Shown here: one piece after another, positions 32,676-43,315 of the stretch
How positions within the stretch are numbered: the first letter of the stretch is position 1
Layout: every line of letters starts with the position of its first letter
Source of the DNA: an uncultured Methanoregulaceae archaeon
Lineage (GTDB): Archaea; Halobacteriota; Methanomicrobia; Methanomicrobiales; Methanospirillaceae
Reading direction: 5' to 3'
DNA length: 64,000 nucleotides
Assembly: GCA_963701095.1 (NCBI GenBank)
Contig: OY969564.1
Span: forward strand, 256,001-320,000
Notes under the pieces: model-generated
What the model was told of the DNA's origin: nothing
Databases searched by the model: none
The model's input: the letters and a program-made list of their open reading frames with translations, nothing else
Position numbers and translations under genes: made by a program

Positions 32676-33782
32676 TTATTTTCGTGTTTTATAAAACCTT
32701 ATTTCAGGTTCATTCCACGATCCGGTGAGTTTCCCCCGAAGAGCAAGTTCTCCCAAGATTTTTTTGGTTTCAGTGAGAAGGGATCGCGCCCGTGTCCCGG
32801 CAAGTGGCGTCCCGGGAAGCGGGATGAACTGGTGGACATGAATTTTTCCTATCCGTGCCAGATTCCGAATTGCCGAGAGTGTTTTTAGCTGATCTTCATC
32901 GGTCTCGAATGGGAGCCCGACAATGAAATCTATTATAGGAGTAATCCCGGCATTATGGCAGAGCTCAGCCGCCCTTATTGCATCGGCAATGGTATGCCCC
33001 CGGTTGAGTCTGGCAAGGATCGTGTCGCTCCCGGACTGGGCTCCAAAGTGGAGTTTGGTGTTGGCACAGTAATCGTGGATGATGTCAATTGACTGTTGGG
33101 AGATAAATTCTGGCCTTACCTCGCTGGGGAACGTCCCAAAAAAAGTTTCATGAGTGAGTTTTTGGAGAAGGTGCTCAATTTTATCTAACCGGGGATGGAT
33201 ACCATCAGAGCCGTAGGCAAAAGCATTTGGACTAACAAATCTGGCCTGTCCGTACCGGTTGGCATATTTTGCGATTTCATCAATCGACCGGTGCCGCATA
33301 CAGTGCCCGAATATCTGCGGTGTCTGGCAGTACCCGCAGGAAAAGGGACATCCTCGGGAAATTTCAACATATCCCTTGACTTCAGAAAATGCGGGATAGG
33401 CATCAAGCCGGACACTGCTTGACACCGGTTCATACCACGATCCAGTTGCTATACCGGGGATATGCCCGCATCCACCATCCTCAAGATCGTCAAGGAGGTG
33501 TGGCAGAGTGAATTCTCCTTCTCCCACTATGACATAATCTGCATAAGCAGTTACCTCACGCCAGCAGGCTGTCGCGTGCGGTCCCCCAACAATGGTGATA
33601 CAGTCCGCTTCTGCTATCTCATCTTGGTATTGTTGTTTGTTGATCGAATTCAGCGAATAACAAGTAACATCGGCTTCAGGGTTTTTTACCGGGTCCAGCT
33701 GCCACCCGCTTGTTTCACATGCAGCCTTGAGGATGGCATATGAATTCCGGGAAGCAGGGATTTCCCGCCAGTTCACCTGCAT
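32676..33782 (-). CDS. B12-binding-domain radical SAM protein (methanogen-type)
   Basis: VGGPHAT, VGEGE, EISRGCPFSCGYC (CxxxCxxC) and GAQSGS motifs. Confidence 0.85.
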   Translation of the reverse strand: MQVNWREIPASRNSYAILKAACETSGWQLDPVKNPEADVTCYSLNSINKQQYQDEIAEADCITIVGGPHATACWREVTAYADYVIVGEGEFTLPHLLDDLEDGGCGHIPGIATGSWYEPVSSSVRLDAYPAFSEVKGYVEISRGCPFSCGYCQTPQIFGHCMRHRSIDEIAKYANRYGQARFVSPNAFAYGSDGIHPRLDKIEHLLQKLTHETFFGTFPSEVRPEFISQQSIDIIHDYCANTKLHFGAQSGSDTILARLNRGHTIADAIRAAELCHNAGITPIIDFIVGLPFETDEDQLKTLSAIRNLARIGKIHVHQFIPLPGTPLAGTRARSLLTETKKILGELALRGKLTGSWNEPEIRFYKTRK

Positions 33783-33821
33783 TTCGTAAATCCGAACATG
33801 GTCGTGAAAAAAGAGGACAGC

Positions 33822-34313
33822 TTATTCGCCACTTCCGCCTCTGGAACGGTATTGCTTCAAGACGTCTGCCACTTTATAGGTCTGGCCATTGTTCATAGTC
33901 ACATAGACCTCGACGCGATCGGATTCCCCGGCGTACGTGCCGTTCCCCGGCGTCCCGACAAGGTTAACAATAGTTCCGGCATTGGATCCGAGCGTCTCGG
34001 TATCGGTAGTTCCATCGACTCTCGTCAGGACTACTTTTATCGAATTGACATTGCCTTGGCCAAAACCACCGTTAAATGTTACGGGAATATCACCATGATA
34101 ATCTTTTTCACCAACAGTAACTGTGACTGCCTGATCAGAGGGCATCACGTCGGTAGGTGTGGTTGTCAGGGTAGACGTGGGTGCTGTGGCTCCACTGGTG
34201 CTGGAAGTACCGGGAGTACTCGTCGATGACGAGGGTTGCGAACTAGTGCATCCGCACAGGACAACTGCACTACAGACAAAAACAATCAGCAGAATGATCA
34301 CACGGGCTTTCAT
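33822..34313 (-). CDS. Putative lipoprotein with Ser/Thr-rich linker
   Basis: Hydrophobic signal peptide with lipobox-like LCGC; S/T/P-rich spacer. Confidence 0.6.
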   Translation of the reverse strand: MKARVIILLIVFVCSAVVLCGCTSSQPSSSTSTPGTSSTSGATAPTSTLTTTPTDVMPSDQAVTVTVGEKDYHGDIPVTFNGGFGQGNVNSIKVVLTRVDGTTDTETLGSNAGTIVNLVGTPGNGTYAGESDRVEVYVTMNNGQTYKVADVLKQYRSRGGSGE

Positions 34314-34411
34314 ACCAAATGATAATAACTTACTTTATTTGACAGTTGTGATCTTTAGATCATATAAAAATAGCACCGATAGTCCTTTATTGATAAAAGA
34401 TTCTTCAAAGA

Positions 34412-35242
34412 TCATCCTCCTATCTTTTTGAGGGCATCTGCTACTTCCTGGACAACGCCACTGTCATGATGATGAAGCAGTTTCATGAGAGGAGTTGAAG
34501 CTTGAATAGATCCAATTTCGCCCAGCGCCCAGATTGCAGCATCCTGGATAATCGGAGAACGATCGAGGAGGGGAATAAGGGTCCCGATAGCATCCGATGC
34601 ATGCAATGCCCCAAGGATGAGGGTGACCCGCCATGTAGTCCCCTCGGTGGCGTCATGCAGTGCGTCGATAAGAAGAGAAGTTGCATTGGTTTTGGGATCG
34701 CAGAGGACATCGAATGCGGCACTTCTTACTGTCCAGTCATCGTTCTCGAGGGCATCGATAAGAAGGCGGACATTCCCTGCCTCCGGCGCTCCGGCAAGGT
34801 TTGCAATGATTCCGAGCCGGACAGATCGTGATGTGCGACAAATTTTCTCCGCCCATTCCTGACGGAGCACCGGATCAGTACCTTCTGCAGTCGGCACCTG
34901 CAAAACACGATCGTCTTGTTTGATCGGCGCCGGATCAGCTCGACCAAGGGCTTCTGCCCAGCTGATGACCGCCCATCGTGCCACCTCGCTGGAAAATCCC
35001 AGTTCGTCCTCAAGCCTTTTTATCAGAAATGCCTCGGTAAGTGCGAGAGGAAGTGCATGACGGGGTGTGAGGAGATCGTCTGGGATATGCTGTCGCACTG
35101 CATGGACAAGGACAAAAATCTCGCGGGAACACTCGGGACAGGTATCCCGTAGCAGACCCTCGCACCGGTTTGCATCATGGGCTATCGAGACACCATACAA
35201 GGCGATGAGACGCGAGAGCATGGTCCGGGCGGTATCGTTCAT
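34412..35242 (-). CDS. Helical N-terminal domain plus HEAT (PBS-lyase-like) repeat protein
   Basis: Repeats LIDALENDDWTVRSAA, LIDALHD, AIWALGEIG; ATGA overlap with the upstream kinase. Confidence 0.75.
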   Translation of the reverse strand: MNDTARTMLSRLIALYGVSIAHDANRCEGLLRDTCPECSREIFVLVHAVRQHIPDDLLTPRHALPLALTEAFLIKRLEDELGFSSEVARWAVISWAEALGRADPAPIKQDDRVLQVPTAEGTDPVLRQEWAEKICRTSRSVRLGIIANLAGAPEAGNVRLLIDALENDDWTVRSAAFDVLCDPKTNATSLLIDALHDATEGTTWRVTLILGALHASDAIGTLIPLLDRSPIIQDAAIWALGEIGSIQASTPLMKLLHHHDSGVVQEVADALKKIGG

Positions 35243-36588
35243 GGCTGTTCCTGGAATGGTGGCATAATAGTACATGATATGCCGTCGATGGTTATGGTGG
35301 TTTTCGGGTTGAGCGGTACAGCCTTTCCCGGTGGTACGCTGGAGGTCGTGCCATCGGGAAAAGACACGTGCCATGTACTATCAGAAAGGTTCCGGATGCC
35401 TGCGGCACCTGATATTGAAGGATGAGAAACGACGCGACCGATTTCCTGAGAACCGTTATCCTGGCTGGCTCCAGGTGAAATGTGAACAGATCGAAGCGTC
35501 GTCCCGAGAGAAAGGGCAAGACTTGAGTTGCCTCCTGGCCGCCGGATAACAAGAAATGGCAAAGGCGGAATCGGACTTTTGCAGTGCCAGCAGGAAACGG
35601 ACATCTGATTTTCTGCAACCATATTTTCAGCCCGGCACCGGGGGCAGGGAACCAGGCGGTCCTTTAAAGAGAGAAAAAGGTTCTGCCACTCTCCTTCCGT
35701 GACCCGGCGACCTGGATTTTCCAGTCCTTCCGTGAAAGCCCGAGTGAATAACGCTTGTAATTCGGGATGGCAGATTGCCCACCGGTCACGTGCGATGTTG
35801 TAATCTGGATCATTTGGCAGCCGGTTTGTCGTTTTGCAGGGATCAAACACAAAAATCGGGGAGATGCCGTAGACCTGTTTTTTTGCCGGTATATCCCAGC
35901 AATGGTAACGGTACTCCAGATCGCCATGGAAGGGATGGTGCCAGACCCAGAGATAGAAAAGGAGGACAGCAAGTGCGTGGAGATCCGTCACTGTAGAGGG
36001 GTCACTCTCTTCCCGGATCAGTTCCGGGGCCATATATTCTAGCGTTCCCCAAATCTGACAGTGCGACTGGCGGTTGACGCCCACATTGTCGTTGTCACAG
36101 ATCAGGACATCACCGGTTTTGGGATCAAACATCAGGTTTCCTGCCGAGATATCCCGATAACAGTGGCCGGAGAGGTGGAGTGCCCGGTAACTGTTTGCAA
36201 GCTGGTATGAGATCTCACAAAGTGCCGTTATGCTTGGGACCGGTTTTAAATGCGCCCATATCTCGCCAAGCTCGGCGAACCGCTGCGTGTCGATCCGGGT
36301 CATAAGGTACCCGAATTGTTTAGAACCTTCAGCCGTAACAAGATCAAGCGGCCAGATGAACCGTTTCCCTGCAGCACCATACGGTGGCCCGGTCCTGACG
36401 AGGTAGGAAATGGCATCCTGCTGATCCGGAGTAGCCTGTTCAGGTTTGTACCATTTCACAGTCTGATATCCCTGCGGCCCATCAACAAGATAAACCTCTC
36501 CCTGTGTGCCCTCGCCGATCTTTTTTATCACCTGAAGGGTGGTCTGGAGCTGACGTGCATGGAGCCGCTGGCCAACAAGAAGTGGCAT
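35239..36588 (-). CDS. TerY-P-type Ser/Thr kinase with Zn ribbon and C-terminal beta domain
   Basis: GEGTQG, YRDISAGN, CDNDN, YMAPE and CPRC...CWHC motifs. Confidence 0.85.
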   Translation of the reverse strand: MPLLVGQRLHARQLQTTLQVIKKIGEGTQGEVYLVDGPQGYQTVKWYKPEQATPDQQDAISYLVRTGPPYGAAGKRFIWPLDLVTAEGSKQFGYLMTRIDTQRFAELGEIWAHLKPVPSITALCEISYQLANSYRALHLSGHCYRDISAGNLMFDPKTGDVLICDNDNVGVNRQSHCQIWGTLEYMAPELIREESDPSTVTDLHALAVLLFYLWVWHHPFHGDLEYRYHCWDIPAKKQVYGISPIFVFDPCKTTNRLPNDPDYNIARDRWAICHPELQALFTRAFTEGLENPGRRVTEGEWQNLFLSLKDRLVPCPRCRAENMVAENQMSVSCWHCKSPIPPLPFLVIRRPGGNSSLALSLGTTLRSVHISPGASQDNGSQEIGRVVSHPSISGAAGIRNLSDSTWHVSFPDGTTSSVPPGKAVPLNPKTTITIDGISCTIMPPFQEQP

Positions 36589-36590
36589 GG

Positions 36591-37508
36591 TTACCAGCCC
36601 TCCCCTGCAGACAAATGTGTATCTGGCTCCTTATCCGGTGGTTTTTCTTCCGGTTTGATACAGGCCCAGACAAGAGTCATATCGTCGCCGCTTGCAATTG
36701 CTGAGAAACGGTCAAGCCATCCACCCATAGCGGCAGCCACAGCCTCGATGCCATAGGTGTTGATGCGATCGACAAGGCTGTGGACAAAAACAGAAAACTC
36801 CTCGCTGTCAGCGCCGTTGAAGGAGTCCGATATACCATCGGTTGCCCCGAGAAGGACGCCACCATTCTCCCGGTCAAGTGTCGCCGTCCGCCAGAGCAGG
36901 TGGGCATCAGAAGATGAGAGAGAACGGGTCTCGCTACCGGTAAGCACAGGGTCCCGGGGGAGAGGGAACTCGATAAGGCCTCCGGGCCTTACGAGAAGAA
37001 GATCGCCATCGCCAATCTGGGCAAGAAGTATGGTGTCGGATACGACAAGAGCGGCTAGCAGGGTTGTCCCGTACCGGGTGAATACCTGCTCAGTCGGTCC
37101 TGGTGCTTTTCCATCAGGAAAATGTTCCTCCCGGTTTATATCCTGCAACACGAGTTCCCGCCACCGCCTGGTGGCGAGCCTGGGAAAATCGGTCTTGAAT
37201 CCGGAACGGTACTGCTGGCGGGGGATATTTCCGTCAGCATAGGATCGGTGGAATGTTACCAGTTCGCTGATTGCAGCATTCACGGCAAGGGCAGCTCCTG
37301 TCCTGCTCAGGTCATGCCGGGGATCGCCATGACCATCGGCAACGGCAAATGCAATGCAAGGCTGAGCACCGGCAGATCCGCTCCAGAGTCCATATGCATC
37401 TTCGCAGGGTCTGTGAACCCGGACATGGGATGCCCCGGTTCTGCTGCAGCCAAATGCCCAGCCAAGGCCGGTATCGGCGGTGCAGGAGAACTCTTCCGGT
37501 GATGGCAT
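36591..37508 (-). CDS. TerY-P-type PP2C-like phosphatase
   Basis: GASH...CED, VADGHG, TTLL, IGDG, TDGI and DDMT motifs. Confidence 0.85.
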   Translation of the reverse strand: MPSPEEFSCTADTGLGWAFGCSRTGASHVRVHRPCEDAYGLWSGSAGAQPCIAFAVADGHGDPRHDLSRTGAALAVNAAISELVTFHRSYADGNIPRQQYRSGFKTDFPRLATRRWRELVLQDINREEHFPDGKAPGPTEQVFTRYGTTLLAALVVSDTILLAQIGDGDLLLVRPGGLIEFPLPRDPVLTGSETRSLSSSDAHLLWRTATLDRENGGVLLGATDGISDSFNGADSEEFSVFVHSLVDRINTYGIEAVAAAMGGWLDRFSAIASGDDMTLVWACIKPEEKPPDKEPDTHLSAGEGW

Positions 37509-37515
37509 AATCTTT

Positions 37516-38241
37516 CTAGAAAAGATCGGTATTAGATGTGATCATCTGCGGCGGGGAATCAAGCGCAACGTTCGATATATCTTCCCCGAGCCTATGCTTC
37601 TGCTGCGGCCCCGTGATGATGCCACCGATGCACTGACTGACGCCCATTTGATATAGGCGACCAGTTCTTCCGGAGAATGTGCCCGTATAAGTCCCACGGA
37701 TTCCTGGTTGGTAAACTTGATAAGTTCGGGTGCATTGTAATCAGATTCGTCACCAATGGCGATAGCAAGCCTTACAGCTTTGATACCCCATGGAATTTTT
37801 CCAAGTTCCGCAATAGCAGCATCATATTCTTCTTGAGGATCTGTGCAGAAACCATCGGAAATAAGAATGCAGACTGGCGGAAGTCCGCGGCGGGGCATAC
37901 GATCGATGCTGAGCTCTTCAGTCAGGAGCTTGATGGCTTTTGCCGTTGCGGTAAGTCCACTCGTCTCCAGCTCAGGCCAGACAAAGTCGTTTAGAGGGAC
38001 CGGGTCTGGACCCACGTGCCAGGCAGCGTTATTTGAAAATTTTATTGCCCGCATCCGGATATCGACCTGAGGGTATGCTTCAACTGCCTTCTGGATCTCA
38101 GGCAAGGCTTCACGGATAGCCTGGTTAAGTGTGGCAATCTTCTTTCCCCGCATCGAGTCAGAGCAGTCTGCAAGCCAGAAGAAATGCAGCTGTTTTCTTG
38201 CTACCTGACCTTCAGGGATCGGAATCGCATCTTCGATAATA
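37516..38241 (-). CDS. terY: TerY-like von Willebrand factor A protein; non-canonical start and C-terminal frameshift
   Basis: LHFFWLADCSDSM (MIDAS DxSxS) upstream of the listed ORF; ISDG; likely true C-terminus ...ITSNTDLF with TAG at 37516. Confidence 0.8.
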
Positions 38242-38369
38242 AATCCCCCTAATCTCCTGTTTACTGTAATCTATCCGGTGACAATATAAGATCACCGGTT
38301 AGCCGGGCGCTATTCAGGGCAGAAATGCTCTAAAAACATGCACTATTTAGGTGCAAAAAAAAGATCCCT

Positions 38370-38642
38370 CTACTGTGAGGGTGGCGGAGTGGTGGTAGTC
38401 GCGCTTGCTGGGGCGGCACTCTTGATCATGTCTTTTACTGGTCCTGGAAGGTCCATACCATCAACAATTTCCGGTAGGATGCTCATAATGACCTGTTGGC
38501 CCTGCGTGGATGAGGCAAAGCTCTTCAGCAGGTTCATTCCGTCTGGAGTAGCCAGAAAACTTTTTACTGCTTCCTGTCCCTGGGGGGTCGAGATAAACCC
38601 GGTAAGTGAGCCTTCAAGGCTGCCAAGATTTCCAAAATTCAT
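38370..38642 (-). CDS. Small hypothetical protein with internal S/ATPxG repeats
   Basis: AGGAG RBS; repeated STPQG, ATPDG, STQG units. Confidence 0.5.
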   Translation of the reverse strand: MNFGNLGSLEGSLTGFISTPQGQEAVKSFLATPDGMNLLKSFASSTQGQQVIMSILPEIVDGMDLPGPVKDMIKSAAPASATTTTPPPSQ

Positions 38643-38753
38643 TTTAATAAACTCCTAACTGTTTTCCTACATTTTAGCGGTATTTCCTCTTAAATTTGTG
38701 GGAGTCTACCATTACATCTGATAAATCCATCGGAAAAAAGTAATAGGCTTATC

Positions 38754-40136
38754 TTACAATTTCTTGAGTGCCTGGACGACTTTCCCGACTGTATCCTGGG
38801 CGTCGCCATACAGGAGCCTGGTGTTGTCCCTATAGAACAGATCATTTTCAATACCGGCAAACCCTTTCCCCTGACCCCGCTTGAGAATAACAACGTTCTT
38901 GACCTGTTCTACATCAAGGATAGGCATGCCAAAGAGCGGGCTACCCTGACGGTGGGATGCCGGATTAACGGTATCATTTGCGCCGATGACAAGAACAACA
39001 TCCGTACTGGGAAATTCCGGGTTGATCTCGTCCCGGTCGAAAAGGCGATCATAGGCTACGCCAGCTTCTGCCAGAAGGACATTCATATGTCCCGGCATCC
39101 TTCCGGCTACCGGATGAATTGCGAACTTAACCTGGATATTCCTTTTTTCCAAAAGGTCAGCAAGCTCCTTGACTTTCTGTTGGGCTTGGGCAACTGCCAT
39201 ACCGTAACCGGGAGCGATGATTACCTTATTTGCATAGGCGAGCATAACTGCGACATCATCGACTTCAACCGGTTTCATACTGCCCTGAATTTGAACGCCG
39301 CTTTCTTCTGTAGCCCCAAAAGCACCAAAGAATACGTTTGATATTGAGCGGTTCATGGCTTTTGCCATCTGGAGTGTCAGGAGGGAACCTGCCGCACCCA
39401 CAATGATACCGGCAATAACCATTGCGTAGTTGGGTGTTGCAAACGAGAATCCGTCAAGTGCTACAGCAAGCCCGGTAAATGCGTTGTACATCGAGATTAC
39501 AACCGGCATATCAGCCCCGCCGATGGGGAGCGTCATGAGGACCCCAAATACCAGTGAAAGGATAAAGAAAAGCGGAAGGTATATCGCGATACTGAGTGGG
39601 ATCCATGCCGGGGTCAGGACAATACAGATACCGGAGATAATAGCGAGGAAGAGAACTGCCATATTGACGATCTGCTGGCCCGGGAACGTTATTGGGCGCG
39701 GCCGCATCCATCCCTGGAGTTTGAGAAACGCGACGATGCTGCCGGCAAAGGAAATGGCACCGATAATACCACCAATGACTGCAAGTGAGCTTGTTGTGTT
39801 AATGGTGCCAAGCAGTTCAACAGCCGAGATCCCAGCCGCTGCACCGCCACCCATACCGTTAAAGAGTGCTACCATCTGAGGCATCCCGGTCATGGCGACA
39901 CGTTTGGCGGCAATGTAGCCAAAACCGCCACCGATCACAATCCCAATCGCCATTAATGCAAAATTTGTGAGGTTGGGCGTCAGGAACGTAACGAGTGTTG
40001 CAATAAGCATAGCGGTGCCAGCCCAGACTATGCCACTGCGGGCAGTGAGCGGGTGGCTCATCCGGTACATGCCAATGATGAAGAAGAAGATCGTTGCTAT
40101 GTAAACCGGATCGATGATCCAAGAGAGGTCGATCAT
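38754..40136 (-). CDS. pntB: NAD(P) transhydrogenase beta subunit
   Basis: MPQMVA, IGGADMPVVIS, PGYGMAVAQAQ, HPVAGRMPGHMN and IGANDTVNP motifs. Confidence 0.96.
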   Translation of the reverse strand: MIDLSWIIDPVYIATIFFFIIGMYRMSHPLTARSGIVWAGTAMLIATLVTFLTPNLTNFALMAIGIVIGGGFGYIAAKRVAMTGMPQMVALFNGMGGGAAAGISAVELLGTINTTSSLAVIGGIIGAISFAGSIVAFLKLQGWMRPRPITFPGQQIVNMAVLFLAIISGICIVLTPAWIPLSIAIYLPLFFILSLVFGVLMTLPIGGADMPVVISMYNAFTGLAVALDGFSFATPNYAMVIAGIIVGAAGSLLTLQMAKAMNRSISNVFFGAFGATEESGVQIQGSMKPVEVDDVAVMLAYANKVIIAPGYGMAVAQAQQKVKELADLLEKRNIQVKFAIHPVAGRMPGHMNVLLAEAGVAYDRLFDRDEINPEFPSTDVVLVIGANDTVNPASHRQGSPLFGMPILDVEQVKNVVILKRGQGKGFAGIENDLFYRDNTRLLYGDAQDTVGKVVQALKKL

Positions 40137-40137
40137 A

Positions 40138-40449
40138 TCAGGCCTCCTTTTTAGGCTTTTTCCCGCTGCGGTCAAACATCTGGAGGATCCGTTCTGTTAC
40201 CACGTACCCGCCGGAGACATTTGCTGCCCCGAGAATGACGGCAATAAAACCGATTGCCTGTTCGAGCGGTGTTGTGGCAAGGCCGAGGGCTACCATGGCG
40301 CCGACAAGCACAATTCCATGGATAAAGTTCGAACCGCTCATCAGGGGTGTGTGGAGGATAACCGGCACCCGGCTTATCACGACATAGCCGGTAAACGCGG
40401 CAAGCATCGCGATATAGATCGCAGTCCAGAGCATTGTTGTATCAATCAT
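40138..40449 (-). CDS. pntAB: NAD(P) transhydrogenase alpha-2 (membrane) subunit
   Basis: LHTPLMSGSN and GGYVVTERIL motifs. Confidence 0.93.
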   Translation of the reverse strand: MIDTTMLWTAIYIAMLAAFTGYVVISRVPVILHTPLMSGSNFIHGIVLVGAMVALGLATTPLEQAIGFIAVILGAANVSGGYVVTERILQMFDRSGKKPKKEA

Positions 40450-41602
40450 GGTTTTGATCCCTCCAGAAGATCGCGTGTCGGTTGGTGACAGACCTTTCCT
40501 GCATGTACCAGGAGGCTCGCAGTAAGGATTTCGTCAGTAAACTCAGGTACCAGTGCGCCGTTCTTGTCTATAAGAAGAGAGAGGAACGATTGCAGGTTCT
40601 TTGCATACATCTGGCTTGAGTGGAAAGGTACCCGGCCGGAAGGTTCTGAGGGCCGATAATGACAACGCCATGCTCCCGGATTGTTTTGCCTGCCTGGGTA
40701 AACTCACAGTTTCCACCGGATTCAGCGGCCATATCGATGATGACAGCGCCCGGTTGCATTGTTTTTACGGTTTCTTTTGTAATTAGAACCGGGGCGCGGC
40801 GGCCGGGAATAGCCGCCGTGGTTATGACAATATCTGCCCGAGCAACCGCGGCTGAAACCATTTCCTGTTCCTTTACTTTCTCTTCGGCCGTGAGCTCACG
40901 GGCGTATCCACCCTGACCCTCAGCATTAATCTCAAGCTCGAGGAACTTTGCGCCAAGGCTTCTCACCTGTTCTCCGGCAGCCCTTCTGACATCATAAGCT
41001 TCAACAAGGGCGCCAAGTCTCTTTGCGGTAGCAATTGCCATCAGACCTGCAATACCGGCACCGAGAACGAGCACCGTCGAAGGACGTATGGTTCCGGCAG
41101 CGGTGGTTAGCATCGGAAGGAACTTGGGGCAGTTTTCCGCTCCAAGGATAACAGCGACATATCCCCCCGCTGTTGCCTGGGAGCTGAGTGCATCCATACT
41201 TTGGGCACGGGAGATCCGCGGCACAAGTTCAAGGGAAAATGCGGTAATCTTCCGGTCACGCATCTTCTTTACGGTCTCGAGATTGTTTGCCGCGTTCATA
41301 AACCCGATAACGATCGTGCCTTCTGCGAGTTCATCGACATCAGCAACGGTGGGTGGCTGCACGCGGAGAACAACTTTTGCGCCATCAAATAGCGCTTGTT
41401 TATCAGTAATAACTTTTGCGCCGGCTGTTACGAAACTGCTGTCCTGGTAAAAGGCACCTGCTCCAGCATTTTGTTCGATTCGTATCTCACAACCTGATTT
41501 AACAAGGTTCCGGACTACATCCGGTACGGTCGCGACCCGCTGTTCTCCAGACGCAGACTCCTTTGGGACCGCAATTACCAGTGCCGGTGTCACAATCCCC
41601 AC
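40446..41602 (-). CDS. pntAA: NAD(P) transhydrogenase alpha-1 (domain I) subunit, frameshift near 40625
   Basis: PRISRAQSMDALSS, GAGIAGL, GGYARE and GGNCE motifs; C-terminus (SQMYAKN...) in the shifted frame. Confidence 0.94.
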
Positions 41603-41674
41603 CGGGCCTTTCCAGTCGTATACCTATAAAACAAGTACTTCACTCCGATCTGCAATGTATCCTAAAATGTGAAC

Positions 41675-43315
41675 CTACAACTTCTTTATTTTACGCACAC
41701 GGACTGCCACGCCACGTTTCGACCCTTTCATTTCAGCGGCAGACATCGCCGCTTTACCGGTGGCATACGCCTTTGCTCCCATGACCAGGACTTCGTCACC
41801 CTCCCGGATAGCAGGATCAGCATTCTCAATACCTGGAGCAAGCACATCCCCTTCCGGTATGAAATCGCTGATAGTTACCCGGTACCCCTCCGGGATAAGG
41901 TTCCATCCATCAAAAGTAGGCCTGAGAAGACCAGAACCTGTATCGATAGAGAATACCTGCTGGTTGTTCTTTGTATAGAACAACTCCGGGAAATGGCCTC
42001 GCAAGAGCATACCTTTTGTGTCCACCTCGCAGCCGAACTGGTACGAGAGCATCCCGTGAAGCCGGTCGTCTTTTACCCGGCGTTCTCGGTCAAGTGCCTG
42101 ACTGAGCCGGGCAAGGGCTGCATCGCCCGACGGGTTTTCCCGGCTTGAATATTCAAGCGTGATACCGCATCTTTCTGCAGCCATTTCTGCAACTTTCAGT
42201 GCCCCTCCTTCTAGGTGGGCGATCACCCGATCATATTTATGGACCGAAAAGTAACGCGATACAACATCCGAGATGTACGCACACTCCTCAGCATCCCAGT
42301 ACCCGGTGACCGGGACATCATAATGCATTGCCGGGTATACGCATTCGAGTTCCCGGGGAACGAGACCAAGAGGCGAGGTAATAATCAGCTCATGGGCTCT
42401 TCCGGCGATAGCCATCTGGAACCGACGGTGACTTTGCGAAAGCGAATACGGTTTTTTTGCCGAACAGGGAAGAAGTACAGCGACAGTAGCGTTTGGTGGC
42501 CGGTACCGGGCAAGAAGCCGTTCTGCAAATCTGCGAACCTCAACCCGTTGCATGGATTCTGCGGAATTTACCCGCATCACACCACTCCGAGCCACCGCTG
42601 TGTGTGGTTCAAGCCATTCATAATCGGTATCAAGATGGCGCATAATAGAGACATGGTTTGCGTTCATCCTGCACCGGGATTCGACCAGTTCCCGGAGTTT
42701 TGACTGGCCTATAAAATACCGGACAAGCCCGGCTTCATGATTCAACGCCAGCCGGTTATGCAGTTTCAGGTCCCCGTTCCGGCACCCCTCGCAACCGCAG
42801 ATACCACCCTTTTGTGCATCTGCCGGGAACTCTCCTTCGGGAGTGCAGAACACGTCTTGGGTGGATTTAAGATCTACGCCGGTATAGTCAAAGATACTAA
42901 ACCCTGAATAACACAGGATATGGACCGTTGAAGGAAGCGCTGCGGCAGGAGCATACCACAGCGTATCGGGTGGGGTGATATTTTTGAGCATCTTGAGCCA
43001 GGTAACGTACTTGCGGGGATTTGTAAATGCTGTATGCCAATTGGCTGCCATCACCACATCCCCGTTTACCGCGGCGTTTTCTAGCGCCGGATGGACAATT
43101 ACCGGTTGGCCGACCCCAGCAGGAACATACGCCTTTGTAAACTCCGGCGGGGCAGCAAGCGGGACATTCGTGCAACCCCTTACAGCAAGTGTGGGAAAGA
43201 GTGCTTCGGTGTCAAACACAGCCGGGAAGGGCATATGTTGGTCTGGCAGTTCATCACCGGTTATAGCGCCGGCCCGCGCAAGACCATCCCGCTTTTTAAT
43301 ATCAAACCGGATCAC
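41675..43315 (-). CDS. arcS: Archaeosine synthase alpha subunit ArcS (TgtA2) with PUA domain
   Basis: [14 protein letters not shown] and [12 protein letters not shown] motifs; C-terminal PUA; adjacent to tgtA. Confidence 0.92.
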   Translation of the reverse strand: MIRFDIKKRDGLARAGAITGDELPDQHMPFPAVFDTEALFPTLAVRGCTNVPLAAPPEFTKAYVPAGVGQPVIVHPALENAAVNGDVVMAANWHTAFTNPRKYVTWLKMLKNITPPDTLWYAPAAALPSTVHILCYSGFSIFDYTGVDLKSTQDVFCTPEGEFPADAQKGGICGCEGCRNGDLKLHNRLALNHEAGLVRYFIGQSKLRELVESRCRMNANHVSIMRHLDTDYEWLEPHTAVARSGVMRVNSAESMQRVEVRRFAERLLARYRPPNATVAVLLPCSAKKPYSLSQSHRRFQMAIAGRAHELIITSPLGLVPRELECVYPAMHYDVPVTGYWDAEECAYISDVVSRYFSVHKYDRVIAHLEGGALKVAEMAAERCGITLEYSSRENPSGDAALARLSQALDRERRVKDDRLHGMLSYQFGCEVDTKGMLLRGHFPELFYTKNNQQVFSIDTGSGLLRPTFDGWNLIPEGYRVTISDFIPEGDVLAPGIENADPAIREGDEVLVMGAKAYATGKAAMSAAEMKGSKRGVAVRVRKIKKL

